Positions 1-12,333 of a stretch of 64,000 nt of DNA are shown here, one piece after another. Source of the DNA: Octopus sinensis (lineage: Eukaryota). Numbering within the stretch: the stretch's first letter is position 1; every line of letters starts with the position of its first letter. A model generated the notes under the pieces. The model was not told where the DNA came from. It was given only the letters and a program-made list of their open reading frames with translations, and did no database searches. Location of the stretch: contig NC_042998.1 of NCBI RefSeq assembly GCF_006345805.1, positions 195,300,001 through 195,364,000 of the forward strand. The letters are read 5' to 3'. Made by a program: the position numbers and the translations under genes.

Positions 1-263
1 AACCACATGAAATGAAAAGCCTTGCTCAAGGACACAATGGACTGCCTGGTCTAGCAATCTAATATACAATCTTATGATCCAACACCGTAGCCATTGGAAT
101 ATGTGCATTCACAGACACACACTCACTTAAAAGGCATGGTTTGTTATTGCCATTCTGCTGAGACATCACCACTTTTACCAAAAACACACTTCCTAATAAG
201 CCTGTATATAAGTCTTTCTATTAGAGTTATTTTCCTTAGTTGAAATCCAAATCAAAAACTTAC

Positions 264-393
264 CTGGATACATCTTGCCAATTTCATCAATGAAATTTTT
301 GTCAAAGCCAGCAATGATTGAACCTCCAACAGGGACCATGAAGTTTTTATCAGTGCTCTGGACAAAGGCATCAATTCTGCCAACACGTGCAGC
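264..393 (-). CDS. SEPSECS: SEPSECS coding exon 7 (130 nt; includes the PLP-lysine QSTDKN motif)
   Basis: CCAG acceptor, GTAAGT donor; encodes [31 protein letters not shown]...KMYPG. Exons 1-7 sum to 934 nt with a continuous frame. Confidence 0.96.
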
Positions 394-597
394 CTGGCAT
401 GCAACAGAAACGACAGTTGTTACTATGGATGAAAATATGCAACAAGCAAAATGCATTTGGTCAGTAAACTTACCACTAAACATGTGAAACAAAGAGCGTG
501 TATGTATTTGGATAAACCTTCTCAGCATAGGGACTAAATATCCTTGGGAAGGACTACTTTGACCAACATAGGAATGTTGGTCATATGATTTATTCAA

Positions 598-1135
598 TCA
601 TCGTCATCATCATCATCGTTTAACGTCCGTTTTTCCATGCTAGCATGGGTTGGACGATTTGACTGAGGCCTGGCGAACCAGATGGCTGCACCAGGCTCCA
701 ATCTTGATCTGGCAGAGTTTCTACAGCTGGATGCCCTTACTAATACCAACCACTCCGAGAGTGTAGTGGGTGTTTTTACATGCCACCAGCACGGGGGCCA
801 GTCAGGCGGTACTGGCAATGACCTTGCTCGAATCGTTTTACATATGCCACCGGCACAGGTGCCAGTAAGTCAATGCTGGTAACGATCACGCTCGAATAGT
901 GCCTTTTACGTGCCACCGGCACGGCGGCCGGTTAGCCGCTCTGGCAACGATCACGCTTGGATGGTGTTGTTAGCACCCAACTAGCACAAGGCTCAAGTGC
1001 CAGTAAGGCGATTCTGGTAACCATCATACTCGAATGGTGCCCTTTATGTGCCACTGGCACGGAAGCCAGTTAGCCGCTCTGTCAACGATCACACTCGTAT
1101 GGTGCTCTTTGTACCCCGCTAGCACGGATGCCAAT
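598..1135 (-). mobile_element. RTE-type 3' UTR/tail repeat; other copies ~3300-3585(+), 4130-4490(-), 4720-5140(+), 7440-7760(-), 11500-11835(+), 12660-13015(+), 14720-15050(+), 15075-15450(-), 16905-16975(+), 19255-19530(+), 29830-30150(+), 42530-42835(+), 54570-54875(+)
   Basis: Shared GGCGTTAGGAAGGGCATCCAGCTGTAG...CCATGCTAGCATGG...GGACGTTAAACGATGATGAT end, preceded by ~60-bp GTGCC-ACC-GGCAC modules. Confidence 0.8.
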
Positions 1136-1459
1136 AGTAGCCAAATCATTCTCAACAAGCATTCTGGATTCTTTAAAGTGAAAACCACAAGTTTTCAATT
1201 TGGAATTCTGAACATCATCCACTACAATAATGAATAGTTGGTCAGAAATAATGAGTGAATGGTTTGTTAATCCCTGACTCTGTACTATAAGTCTACCTGA
1301 TGAAACCTTCAGTCTTAAACTTAAAATTACATCTCACACAATAAAGATAGAGTAACTTCAGTTAGCATAGTGATGGGATGAATCCTATTGCAGTTCTGTT
1401 AATGACATCCTTTGATTACTTTTAGTCATCTAGTGTCCACTTAAAAGCAATCAAAGAGA

Positions 1460-1657
1460 TACTCTCTTTACTCTTTTACTTGTTTCAGTCATTTGACTGC
1501 GGCCATGCTGGAGCACCGCCTTTAGTCGAGCAAATCGACCCCGGGACTTATTCTTTGTAAGCCTAGTACTTATTCTATCGGTCTCTTTTGCCGAACCACT
1601 AAGTGACAGGGACGTAAACACACCAGCATTGGTTGTCAAGCAATGCTAAGGGGACAA

Positions 1658-1692
<35 letters not shown>

Positions 1693-1855
1693 CATATATA
1701 CGACAGGCTTCTTTCAGTTTCCGTCTACCAAATCCACTCACAAGGCATTGGTCGGCCCGGGGCTATAGCAGAGGACACTTGCCCAAGATGCCACGCAGTA
1801 GGACTGAACCCGGAACCATGTGGTTGGTTAGCAAGCTACTTACCACACAGCCACT
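1460..1855 (-). mobile_element. tRNA-derived SINE
   Basis: Head with A-box-like TGGCTGTGTGG and B-box-like GGTTCAGTCC, internal (TA)/(CA) run, tail GAAACAAGTAAAAGAGT. Confidence 0.85.
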
Positions 1856-2160
1856 TCAAAGGCAGGGAAATAACAACTACAACAACCACAATTGTCATCA
1901 TGGTAAGATGAGAACAACTGTAGCAATTATAGTAGTACACTCTACCGTCTTCTATTACACAAAACATCTGACTCATCATGAACTTCTGATTCCTCACCAA
2001 ACCTAATGAAAATACAAAGTAATTTTACATTCCTAAAATACAAAAAATAGTTACCCCTTTCCTCCAATTTAATTCACCATTAATTAAAGAAGAGTGTGAT
2101 TGTTTCATGGAACTTACCACAGCATTAACTATCATCCATCATTATATTAGATGAATATAA

Positions 2161-2546
2161 GGCGTAGGAGTGGCTGTGTGGTAAGTAGCTTGCTTACGAA
2201 CCACATGGTTCCGGGTTCAGTCCCACTGGGTGGCACCTTGGGTAAGTGTCTTCTACTATAGCCTCGGGCCGACCAAAGCCTTGTGAGTGGATTTGGTAGA
2301 TGGAAACTGAAAGAAGCCCGTCGTATATATGTATGTGCGTGTTTGTGTGTCTATATTTGTCCTCCCAACATCGCTTGACAACCGATGCTGGTGTGTTTAC
2401 CTCCCCGTAACTTAGCGGTTCGGCAAAAAAGAGACCGATAAAATAAGTACTAGGCTTACAAAGAATATGTCCTGGGGTCGATTTGATCGGCTAAAGGCGG
2501 TGCTCCAGCATGGCCACAGTCACATGACTGAAACAAGTAAAAGAGT
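2161..2546 (+). mobile_element. tRNA-derived SINE (same family)
   Basis: GGCGTAGGAGTGGCTGTGTGGTAAG...GAAACAAGTAAAAGAGT. Confidence 0.85.
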
Positions 2547-2935
2547 ATAAGGGGATATAATAGACTGCTGAGCACACATAAAAGATTATCTATTCGTGAG
2601 ACTTGAGGTTCCATAAGGCCATCACTAAATAACTCTAAATAAAGGAGCTTTAATAGATGTAAAGCAAATACTTCCCTGGAATAGGAAACTAATCTATTGC
2701 TTAGAACTTTCTCAAAAAGTTCTAGTCTTATAGCCAACAATTAGATGGACTAAGGAATGTAAAATTTAGTATCTGCTTCCACATCTTTGAAACAGAACAA
2801 AATACTGACAGTGGATTTGTAATCACCCCATTGTTATTGTTTAATCCTAGGTTAATCTTTTCAGGCAGAATTACAAACAGACTCATTCCAACAGTGGCCA
2901 TTCCATCTATTTTAGTATATCAAAAATTATATCAG

Positions 2936-3170
2936 AATAATAATAATAATGAAATTATTGTATACAGTGCTCAGGTGCACCACAACTTGTCAAAAGTGCG
3001 TATAAAGTATATGCAGTAATGTACAAATGTCTGGGAAGTGAACAGTGTATGAGTCAGATACACGCTTGCGTGTGTATGTAGGGGAGGAAATCAGGTGTAG
3101 TGTTGGCGAATCTCAGGAAGCATGGAAGTTTTGAAGGATGCAGTGCTCTGACAACTAACAACTGATGTGT
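2936..3170 (-). mobile_element. 3' end of the same CR1-type LINE
   Basis: AATAATGAAATTATTGTATACAGTGCTCAGGTGCACCACAACTTGTC matches 34430 onward. Confidence 0.75.
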
Positions 3171-5329
3171 TATGGTACTCTACTATTCTATAATTATTCA
3201 ATATCATTTCAAGAAGTAGTTCTGTTCATTCCAGTACATACACTGAATACCATCACATGATCAACTCCCAAAAGGTTACTACATGTTCAGAAATGATTGT
3301 GTTAATGCCTTACTGGCATATGTGCCGGTGGCATGTGTAAAACGATTCGAGCAAGGCCATTGCCAGTACTGCTTGATTGGCCCTCGTGCCGGTGGCATGT
3401 AAAAGCACCCACTACACTCTCGGAGTGGTTGGCGTTAGGAAGGGCATCCAGCAGTAGAAACACTGCCATATCAAGATTGGAGCCTGGTTCAACCATCTGG
3501 TTCGCCAGCCCTCAGTCAAAATCGTCCAACCCATGCTAGCATGGAAAGCGGACGTTAAACGATGATGATGATGATGATGATGATATTGTTTTAAACAACT
3601 TGGTTAAATATTTTAGTACAATTCTTGTGAAGTTTAACTTCTACCTCCATCATTTCTGGGGTCAAGAAATGGAGAGACAGGTTTTGTTTAAACCAACTAT
3701 AGCTCCACCCACCAACACACACACACTATTTGTGGAGTAACACCAAAGTTAGAAATCAGCATTTTACAATACCCTCATATGTTTACACATTTGGTACAAT
3801 AAGCCAACTACAGTCACAGATTTTAAGCCATGTTCAAGAAGTTATCAAACTGAAAAGCCCACAAAGCCTCTTTGACTTTATTATTTGTACAATGGTCTTA
3901 TTTCTTCAACCTTCTATGATCTTATTACTGTTATTCACCAAATGTACCTTGGACTCTGTACAAAAACACTAATCTTTCTTCCTCACAGCTGTCATTCTCT
4001 GGTGTTCTTCCAAAACATTTATCTAGAACAGTTTAAATTCAACATAAAATAACAATAAAGCCAGTACTGACTTAATGTAACAAGCTAAGAACTTATTAAT
4101 TAAAATTACATCTCTAAGGGAAGAGACAAATCATCATCGTTTAACGTCCGTTTTCCATGCTAGCATGGGTTGGATGGTTCGACCAAGGTCTGGGAAGCAA
4201 GGTGGCTGCACCAGGCTCTAGTCTGATCTGGCAGTGTTTCTACAGCTGGATGCCCTTCCTAATGCCAACCACTCTGTGAGTGTAGTGGGTGCTTTTTACG
4301 TGCCACCGGTACAGGTGCCAGGGGAGGCTGGCAATGGTCACGATCGGTTGGTGCTTTTTACGTGCCACCGGCACAGAAGCCAGTCAAGGCGGCGCTGGCA
4401 TCGGCCATGTATGGATGGTGCTTTTTTTTTAGGTGCCAGGGTAGGCTGGCAACGGCCACGATTGGTTGGTGCTTTTTACATGCCACAAATATTTTCTAAT
4501 AATGAATTAGCAACAAAGAACGAGGGAGACAACTCAGAAATAAAATCAGAAAATTCAGTGTGGAGTAAGTCTGATTTTTGGTCAGTATAGTGACAACTCC
4601 AGGTATGCCTTGGTAATATTAAACTTCATCAGCAAAGCATAGCCTAACCCAATTTGCTAGAAATAAGGTTAGTGAAAGAATACAGAAAACTTTAGTGAAT
4701 AAAAACCGAGCATTGGTCGGGAAGGAAATATCTTGGGACACTTGAGGAGACCTATTGAGTCAAGTACATCAACATCAAAATAAAAATTCAAATGGAAATT
4801 GTAGTTAAGACACACGTGCCGGTGACACATATAAAAGCACCGCCTGAACGTAGCACATGCCAGTGCCGCCTGACTGGCGTCCGTTTCGGTGGCACGTAAA
4901 AGCACCAACCAATCGTGGCCATTTGCCAGCTTCCTCTGGCCCCTGTGCTGGTGGCACGTAAAAAACACCTACTACACTCACGGAGTAGTTGGCGTTAGGA
5001 AGGGCATCCAGCTGTAGAAACACTGCCAGATCAGACTGGAGCCTGGTGCAGCCTCCATGGCTTCCAGACCCCGGTCGAACCGTCCAACCCATGCTAGCAT
5101 GGAAAATGGACGTTAAATGATGATGGTGATGATGATGATTTGCTGTGTGAAAAACTAGTAGCAAAGTAAATTACTGTTATTTCTTGGCTCACTACAACTT
5201 GGGCCACTTCACTATTTTTCATGCAGCAGGTGCCTCTAGGTATTTCTTTTCCACTCATTATTCAGTTTTTATTCATCAAAACACACACACACTTATAAAT
5301 AAATACATGTCACTATGAAAAGTTACTAA

Positions 5330-6105
5330 ATGTGGAAAATGAATGGGAGAAGGAGAGTCTACCAAATATCGAACCAATTGAGGAACCAGCCATCAGAGTT
5401 GACAGCAGCATAATAGATAAGACAATTAAGGACGTGAAGATAGGGAAAGCTCCTGGGCAATCAAGTATCACTGCCGAGAGGATTAAAACATCCAGCAGTG
5501 TGGGATACAGCCTAGTCACTAGTTAATCAGGTTATTCAGGAAGACACCATCCCCAATGACTGGTGTAGTTGTATTATAGTTAGCTGCTACAAGGGTAAAA
5601 GTGATGCCTTAGATAGAAACAACTGCAAAGGTTTCAAACTGTTGGACCAGGTCATGAAAGTTACTGAGAGGGTTATAGCTCAATTGATTAGGAATAAACT
5701 AGATGAGATACAGTTTGGTTTTGTACCTGGGAAGAGTGCCACAGATGCCATCTTCCTAGTGAGACAGCTGCAGGAAAAGTACTTGGCCAAAAGTAAGCCA
5801 TTGTACTTAGCCTTCATCAACTTGGAAAAAGCTTTCAACAGAGTTCCCTGCTCTATTATATGGTGGTCTGAACACTGTAAAGTGATTGGTGTTTTGAAGG
5901 GCATCCAACTGTAAAAGCCTTGTCAAAACTGACCTTGCCAGAGCTTGTGCCATGTAAAAAGCACTGAGTCCATTCCGCTGAGGAAGGGCATACAGCTGTA
6001 AAAAATCCTGCCAAAACAGTTACAGCAGTCTGGTGCAGGCTTCCATCAAACTGTTCCACCCATGCCAGCATGAAAGACGGATGTTAAATGATGATAATGA
6101 TGATG
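5330..6105 (+). mobile_element. Decayed RTE-clade LINE fragment (RT N-part joined to 3' tail)
   Basis: GKAPG, QFGFVPGKSATDAIFLVRQLQEKY and FINLEKAFNRVP motifs with frameshifts; followed by GAAGGGCAT...GTTAAATGATGAT tail. Confidence 0.8.
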
Positions 6106-6147
6106 GTATGAACAAGACAAAAAGGAAATCTGTGAATATATACTAAC

Positions 6148-6250
6148 CTGTTCCAGTAAATGAGTACATTTAGAAGCTTGGATTCCATATGCATTGTTTA
6201 CCAAATGTGGAATGTTGTTTTCTTTGCACAGTTTAGCAATCTCTTCTAGT
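6148..6250 (-). CDS. SEPSECS: SEPSECS coding exon 6 (103 nt; not in the ORF track)
   Basis: Manual reverse-complement translation gives [34 protein letters not shown]; CTGTAG acceptor, GTTAGT donor; phases match exons 5 and 7. Confidence 0.95.
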
Positions 6251-7991
6251 CTACAGATGGACAGGATGATAGAGAGGGAGACAGATATATTGAGAGAGTG
6301 AGTGAGTGAGTATGAGAAAGAGGGAGAGAGAGAGAAATGCAGATTAGAATGGACAAATTTTACTCAAGCAATGTCTCTTTTAGAAAGTTAGTTACTTCTT
6401 TTTAAGTATTAAATACACAGTATGAGGGGAAGCAGAAAAGGTCCTGACTTTGGGTAAAAGAAAATACAGGATCAGTTAATTATGATTTTATTTCATATAT
6501 TCCCCTCTCAGATTCACACACTTATTGCAATGGTCCTTCAGTTTTTCAAAGCCCTGTAAAAGAACTCAGAAGGTTGGGCCTCCAACCAGGCCTTTTGTAA
6601 TACCCTTACAGCCAGGAACTTTTAGCACCTGCCCCTGTATTTATACTGGTGTATGCTCTCAAATACACATGTATGATAGCTTTCCATCTTCCATATTCCA
6701 TTCCACTGACAAGATATTGGTCAAGCATCAGCTATCATGAACCTGGAGCCACTTGATTCCAAAGTAAATTTCTTCACTACACAACCATGTCATTGAGTTG
6801 AATTTTCAAAAAATGTATTTTTTACAAACAGAGAAGAAAGTATACAACATGTTTTTCTTTCAGACATACCTGTATTTTAATTACAGGTTGGTCACTATAC
6901 TAATGACATACTTGTGAGGTATGAATGCTCTATGACAACATACAGTACTCTTGTTGCATTCTAGTGTGAAGTAATACTACCTCTCATGCAGACCAAATAG
7001 AAACAAGAATAACAGTAGCAACATCAATAACTCTTTTAGCTTCAAACTAGCATTATGACCTGGCAATGCCGGGTCATAGTGCTAGTGCATGCATATACAG
7101 CTGTGTGTGTGCGCACATACACGTGAGTACTGTCCAAATCTCTGACCAATCACATACAGCTAGCTGGCATTCAATTGGCATATCAAGTTTCGGGCATTTT
7201 GATTGGGTTTTGGATAGAAAATTTACAAAAAAGTCACTTCTATTGATTTCTTAATGGCTTTGCGGGGTGACTGGGGAAATGTAAAGATGTGCACAACCAC
7301 CCTTTGATGGTTTTGAATGACCATAGAAAGTGCAAGCCCTCTAACTGAAAAATTATAGATATGTATAAAGGACACGCACACAGACATTTTGCCGTTTATA
7401 TATATAGAGATACTGTGTTGCAATGGATAGATCAGAGATCATCATCATCATCGTTTAACGTCCGTTTTAATTATTTTCTGAGATTTTACAAAAACAACAA
7501 AAATATTTTTTAATTTTCTTTAGCATGGGTTGGACAGTTCGACCAGGGTCTGGGAAGCCAGGAGGCTGCACCAGGCTCCAGTCTGATCTGACAGTGTTTC
7601 TACAGCTGGATGCCCTTCCTAATGCCAACCACTCCATGAGTGTAGTGGATGTTTTTTACGTGCCACCGGCACAGGAGCCAGGGGAGGCTGGCAGCGGCCA
7701 CGATCGGTTGGTGCTTTTTACGTGCCACCAGCATGGAAGCCAGTCAAGGCGGTGCTGGCATCAAATGCAGAAAAACAGCAACTGTTATATCATTACTATC
7801 TCCTCTGTGACTGTTGTCAGAATGAATATGACATAAAGGGACAGGGTAGTCTATAGACGGAAAAGCATATAGACACCACTGTACTGAGTCAGAGTGGTTA
7901 TCTGAGCATCATAGGTTTGTCCAAATAGGGCTAACTCAAATAACTGGCTATGTGTTTACTTGAATGGGACTGACCATGTGCCAAGCAACAA

Positions 7992-8770
7992 TACCTATTT
8001 CTTTACTACCCAGAGAGGACAAACAAGGACAGACAAATCGATTAAGTCGATAATATCAACCCCCAGTGTGTAACTGGTACTTAATTTATCGACCCCGAAA
8101 GGATGAAAGGCAAAGTCGACCTCGGCGGAATTTGAACCCAGAACGTAACGGCAGACGAAATACCTATTTCTTTACTACCCACAAGGGGCTAAATACAGAG
8201 GGGACAAACAAGGACAGACAAATCGATTAAGTCGATAATATCAACCCCCAGTGTGTAACTGGTACTTAATTTATCGACCCCGAAAGGATGAAAGGCAAAG
8301 TCGACCTCGGCGGAATTTGAACCCAGAACGTAACGGCAGACGAAATACCTATTTCTTTACTACCCACAAGGGGCTAAATACAGAGGGGACGAACAAGGAC
8401 AGACAAATGGATTAAGTCGATTATATCAACCCCCAGTGTGTAACTGGTACTTAATTTATCGACCCCGAAAGGATGAAAGGCAAAGTCGACCTCGGCGGAA
8501 TTTGAACCCAGAACGTAACGGCAGACGAAATACCTATTTCTTTACTACCCACAAGGGGCTAAATACAGAGGGGACGAACAAGGACAGACAAATGGATTAA
8601 GTCGATTATATCAACCCCCAGTGTGTAACTGGTACTTATTTAATCGACCCCGAAAGGATGAAAGGCAAAGTTGATCTCGGCGGAATTTGAACTCAGAACG
8701 TAACGGCAGACGAAATACAGCTACGCATTTCGCCCGGCATGCTAACGTTTCTGCCAGCTTGCCGCCTTTA
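7992..8770 (-). repeat. Second SINE family: one head followed by four tandem 185-bp bodies (a headless copy at ~23470-23665)
   Basis: TACCTATTT anchor at 7992, 8161, 8346 and 8531; the minus strand reads GAGTTCAAATTCCGCCGAGGTCGACTTTGCCTTTCATCCTTTCGGGGTCGAT (B-box plus V-domain-like core). Confidence 0.8.
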
Positions 8771-8887
8771 AACAACAATACCATTACCACCAGCAACAAC
8801 AACAACATCACCACTAATAGCAATAACATCATCATTAACAATAAAATAATAGATTAATAAAGCTTATCTAATAAAAGTGATGTATAC

Positions 8888-9041
8888 TTATCTGGTGCCC
8901 GGGGAGCAAAACAGCTGGTTGTGGACATGACACAGGCAATGTTCTCCCTGCCCAGCACATCAATCTGTTCACTTAATTTAGGGACATCAGTTCGTAGTTC
9001 ATCTCCTTCCAGTACATTCTCTATGATTACAGGCTGGAAAC
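8888..9041 (-). CDS. SEPSECS: SEPSECS coding exon 5 (154 nt)
   Basis: CTCAG acceptor, GTATAC donor; encodes [19 protein letters not shown]...[12 protein letters not shown](K). Confidence 0.96.
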
Positions 9042-9188
9042 CTGAGCACAGATTGAAACATCTTACATCCAACACTGGTCAGTCACACATGGCAGACAGG
9101 CAGAAGGACAATGGTGTTGATAAGAATGATGGTGGTGGTGGTAGTGAGGTGTAATGAAAGTGGTGGTGGTGGGGATGATGATAAGGAA

Positions 9189-9585
9189 TACTCTCTTTTA
9201 CTCTTTTACTTGTTTCAGTCATTTGACTGCGGCCATGCTGGAGCACGGCATTTAATTGAGCAACTTGACCCCGGGACTTATTCTTTTGTAAGCCTTAGTA
9301 CTTATTCTATCGGTGTCTTTTGCCGAACCGCTAAGTAACGGGGACATAAACACACCAGCATCGGTTGTCAAGCAATGCTAGGGGGACAAACACAGACACG
9401 CATACATATATATATATACATATATACGACGGGCTTCTTTCAGTTTCCGTCTACCAAATCCACTCACAAGGCTTTGGTCGGCCCAAGGCTATAGTAGAAG
9501 ACACTTGCCCAAGGTGCCACGCAGTGGGATTGAACCCGGAACCATGTGGCTGGTAAACAAGCTACTTACCACACAGCCACTCCTG
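9189..9585 (-). mobile_element. tRNA-derived SINE (same family)
   Basis: Full-length match to 1460-1855. Confidence 0.85.
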
Positions 9586-9639
9586 TGGTGGTGATGATAA
9601 TAGTAATGGTCATGAATATGGTAATAATGTTGGTAATGA

Positions 9640-11265
9640 TGATGATGATGGTGATGAAAATAGTGATGATGATCATACTGGATAATTTTTCACTGACACT
9701 GAAATTGAAGACAGCTGTGTAAAGAAGTGCCGATCTCTAACTGTAGTGAGAACCTGTGATAGAGGTAAACTCAGGTACACACGGGACATGGTAGTGAAGC
9801 ATGATCTTTGAACTTTGAGTCTCACCAGAAGCAATGACTAGTGACCAAGACCTTTGGTGATGTGCTGTGCTTAAGACCCGTCAAGCCAAGTGAAATCATA
9901 GTCATGGTAACTGGCACCTGTGCTGGTGGCACCTTTCGAGCATTGGGCCTCACGGAGGCAATGACTGAGACCTTTGGCATTATGTTGTGCTTGAGAAGAA
10001 GACCCATCAAGTCAAGCAAATTCGCAGCCATGGCAGATACTGGTGTCACACAAATGGCATGTAAAAGCACCCATTACACTCTTTTTTTTGTTGTTGTTGT
10101 TAAGCAACAAGACGGGTAAGGGTGATTAGGTGATGGTATAGGGCTTAGGGGCGGGAGACCCCAGACCTTAAAAAAAAAAAAAAACTTTGGTCGTCTTGTT
10201 GTAGTCGAGGGCTCTTCGTTGACACCCAACACCACTGGGAGGTGGCACTCGAAGTCACTGGAAATGGAGATCTCCAGGTCCAAATTCTTGAATGGCTCCA
10301 TTACACTCTTGGAGAGGTTGGTGTTAGGAAGGGCATCCAGCTGTAGAAAACCATGCCAAATCATACTGGAGTCTAATGCAGCCTTCCAGCGTGCCAGCCT
10401 GGTCAAACTGTCCAACCCATGCTGGCATGGACAACGGACGTTCAATGATGATGATGGTGATGAAAATAGTGATGATGATCATACTGGATAATTTTTCACT
10501 GACACTGAAATTGAAGACAGCTGTGTAAAGAAGTGCCGATCTCTAACTGTAGTGAGAACCTGTGATAGAGGTAAACTCAGGTACACACGGGACATGGTAG
10601 TGAAGCATGATCTTTGAACTTTGAGTCTCACCAGAAGCAATGACTAGTGACCAAGACCTTTGGTGATGTGCTGTGCTTAAGACCCGTCAAGCCAAGTGAA
10701 ATCATAGTCATGGTAACTGGCACCTGTGCTGGTGGCACCTTTCGAGCATTGGGCCTCACGGAGGCAATGACTGAGACCTTTGGCATTATGTTGTGCTTGA
10801 GAAGAAGACCCATCAAGTCAAGCAAATTCGCAGCCATGGCAGATACTGGTGTCACACAAATGGCATGTAAAAGCACCCATTACACTCTCTTTTTGTTGTT
10901 GTTGTTAAGCAACAAGACGGGTAAGGGTGATTAGGTGATGGTATAGGGCTTAGGGGCGGGAGACCCCAGACCTTAAAAAAAAAAAAAACTTTGGTCGTCT
11001 TGTTGTAGTCGAGGGCTCTTCGTTGACACCCAACACCACTGGGAGGTGGCACTCGAAGTCACTGGAAATGGAGATCTCCAGGTCCAAATTCTTGAATGGC
11101 TCCATTACACTCTTGGAGAGGTTGGTGTTAGGAAGGGCATCCAGCTGTAGAAAACCATGCCAAATCATACTGGAGTCTAATGCAGCCTTCCAGCGTGCCA
11201 GCCTGGTCAAACTGTCCAACCCATGCTGGCATGGACAACGGACGTTCAATGATGATGATGGTGAT
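9640..11265. repeat. Direct tandem duplication, period 804-806 bp
   Basis: GTGATGA anchor at 9651, 10457 and 11261; identical ORFs 9822-10070 and 10628-10876. Confidence 0.95.
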
Positions 11266-12174
11266 GATGACATACTAGAGCAATAATTAATTAACGATAA
11301 TAATGGAAATAAATGTGATATAATGATAACTTTGGAGGAAAGCTGGGCAGTGGTAGGTTGGCAAGATATGACATGTATTAAACACGATACAATGGATATA
11401 GTTGATTGATGCGGTGAATTTCTAGCAGATATTGTGAAGTAACCATATCAAAACATACTGCTAGCAGTAATAGTTACTTGCATTCACCAGTCATGTTCGC
11501 CTCCACTCCTGGAGGCAAACAATGCCAGTGCTGCCTAACTGGCACCCCGTGCCAGTGGCACATAAAAGGCACCATCTGAACATGGTCGATGCCAGCCCCC
11601 ACCACCCCAACTGGCTCCTGTGCTGATGGCACGTAAAAGGAGCCACCCGAACATGGACAGTGCCAGTGCCGCATGACTGGCTTCTGTGCTGGTGGCATGT
11701 AAAAAGCACCCACTACACTCTGGGAATGCATGGTATTAGGAAGGGAAGATAGAGGTTGTCAAAAGAACATGTGGAAACAAATAAGTACAACCCATGCTAG
11801 CATGGAAAACGGACGTTAAACGATGATGATGATGAAATGGTGAGGTTAGATTAAGCAATGCAGATATGGTAGAGTGAAACATATGTAGTACTATAGTGAG
11901 TTAATTGAAATTAATCTATCTGTATGTTTGAAATAAAAAAAAAAAATGCGAAACAAACAAGGGAGATAACTCCAACAAGATCATTCAATTGAAATTTTAA
12001 TATAGAAAATGTGATATGAGAGTGGATCTGGTCTTTAAAGTTGAATGGTGAAAGCAACTGAGAACCATAAGCATCATTCTGTAATATGCAAGCAAAGCCA
12101 CTTCCCTGGAATGGATATATGTAATTAGAATAAACAGTATATATTGTGTGAATGGTTGAGAAATGAGAACAGAC

Positions 12175-12333
12175 CTGCAGTAACAATGGACTTGAAACAA
12201 GATTTCTGATCAATACGGGGCCACAGGACATATTTTGCTTGAGGACGATGTTGTTTAATGGTCAGCATACACAAAACTAGGGCCATACCTGTGGCTACAG
12301 GAACGACAAAACAATTCTTCACAGAATGCACAC
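12175..12333 (-). CDS. SEPSECS: SEPSECS coding exon 4 (159 nt)
   Basis: Poly-T+CAG acceptor, GTCTGT donor; encodes [18 protein letters not shown]...[12 protein letters not shown]. Confidence 0.96.

Noticed and set aside
193-597. 134-aa ORF as a stand-alone protein
   Set aside because: Only 264-393 is coding (SEPSECS exon 7 with canonical splice sites); the rest is intron read-through.
760-1135. CRISPR-like array of ~60-bp units with a palindromic core
   Set aside because: The units are degenerate, the 'spacers' resemble each other, there are no cas genes, the context is eukaryotic, and the array is part of a dispersed LINE 3' UTR.
1297-1330. Further hammerhead core CTGATGA
   Set aside because: No stem II, GAAA or stem III follows.
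2161-2240. tRNA gene, especially tRNA-Sec next to SEPSECS
   Set aside because: A/B boxes are present but there is no convincing cloverleaf or anticodon arm; this is the head of a multi-copy SINE.
9822-11286. Duplicated ORF pairs as small genes
   Set aside because: They lie in repeat-derived intronic DNA copied by the 0.8-kb duplication; no recognisable motifs.
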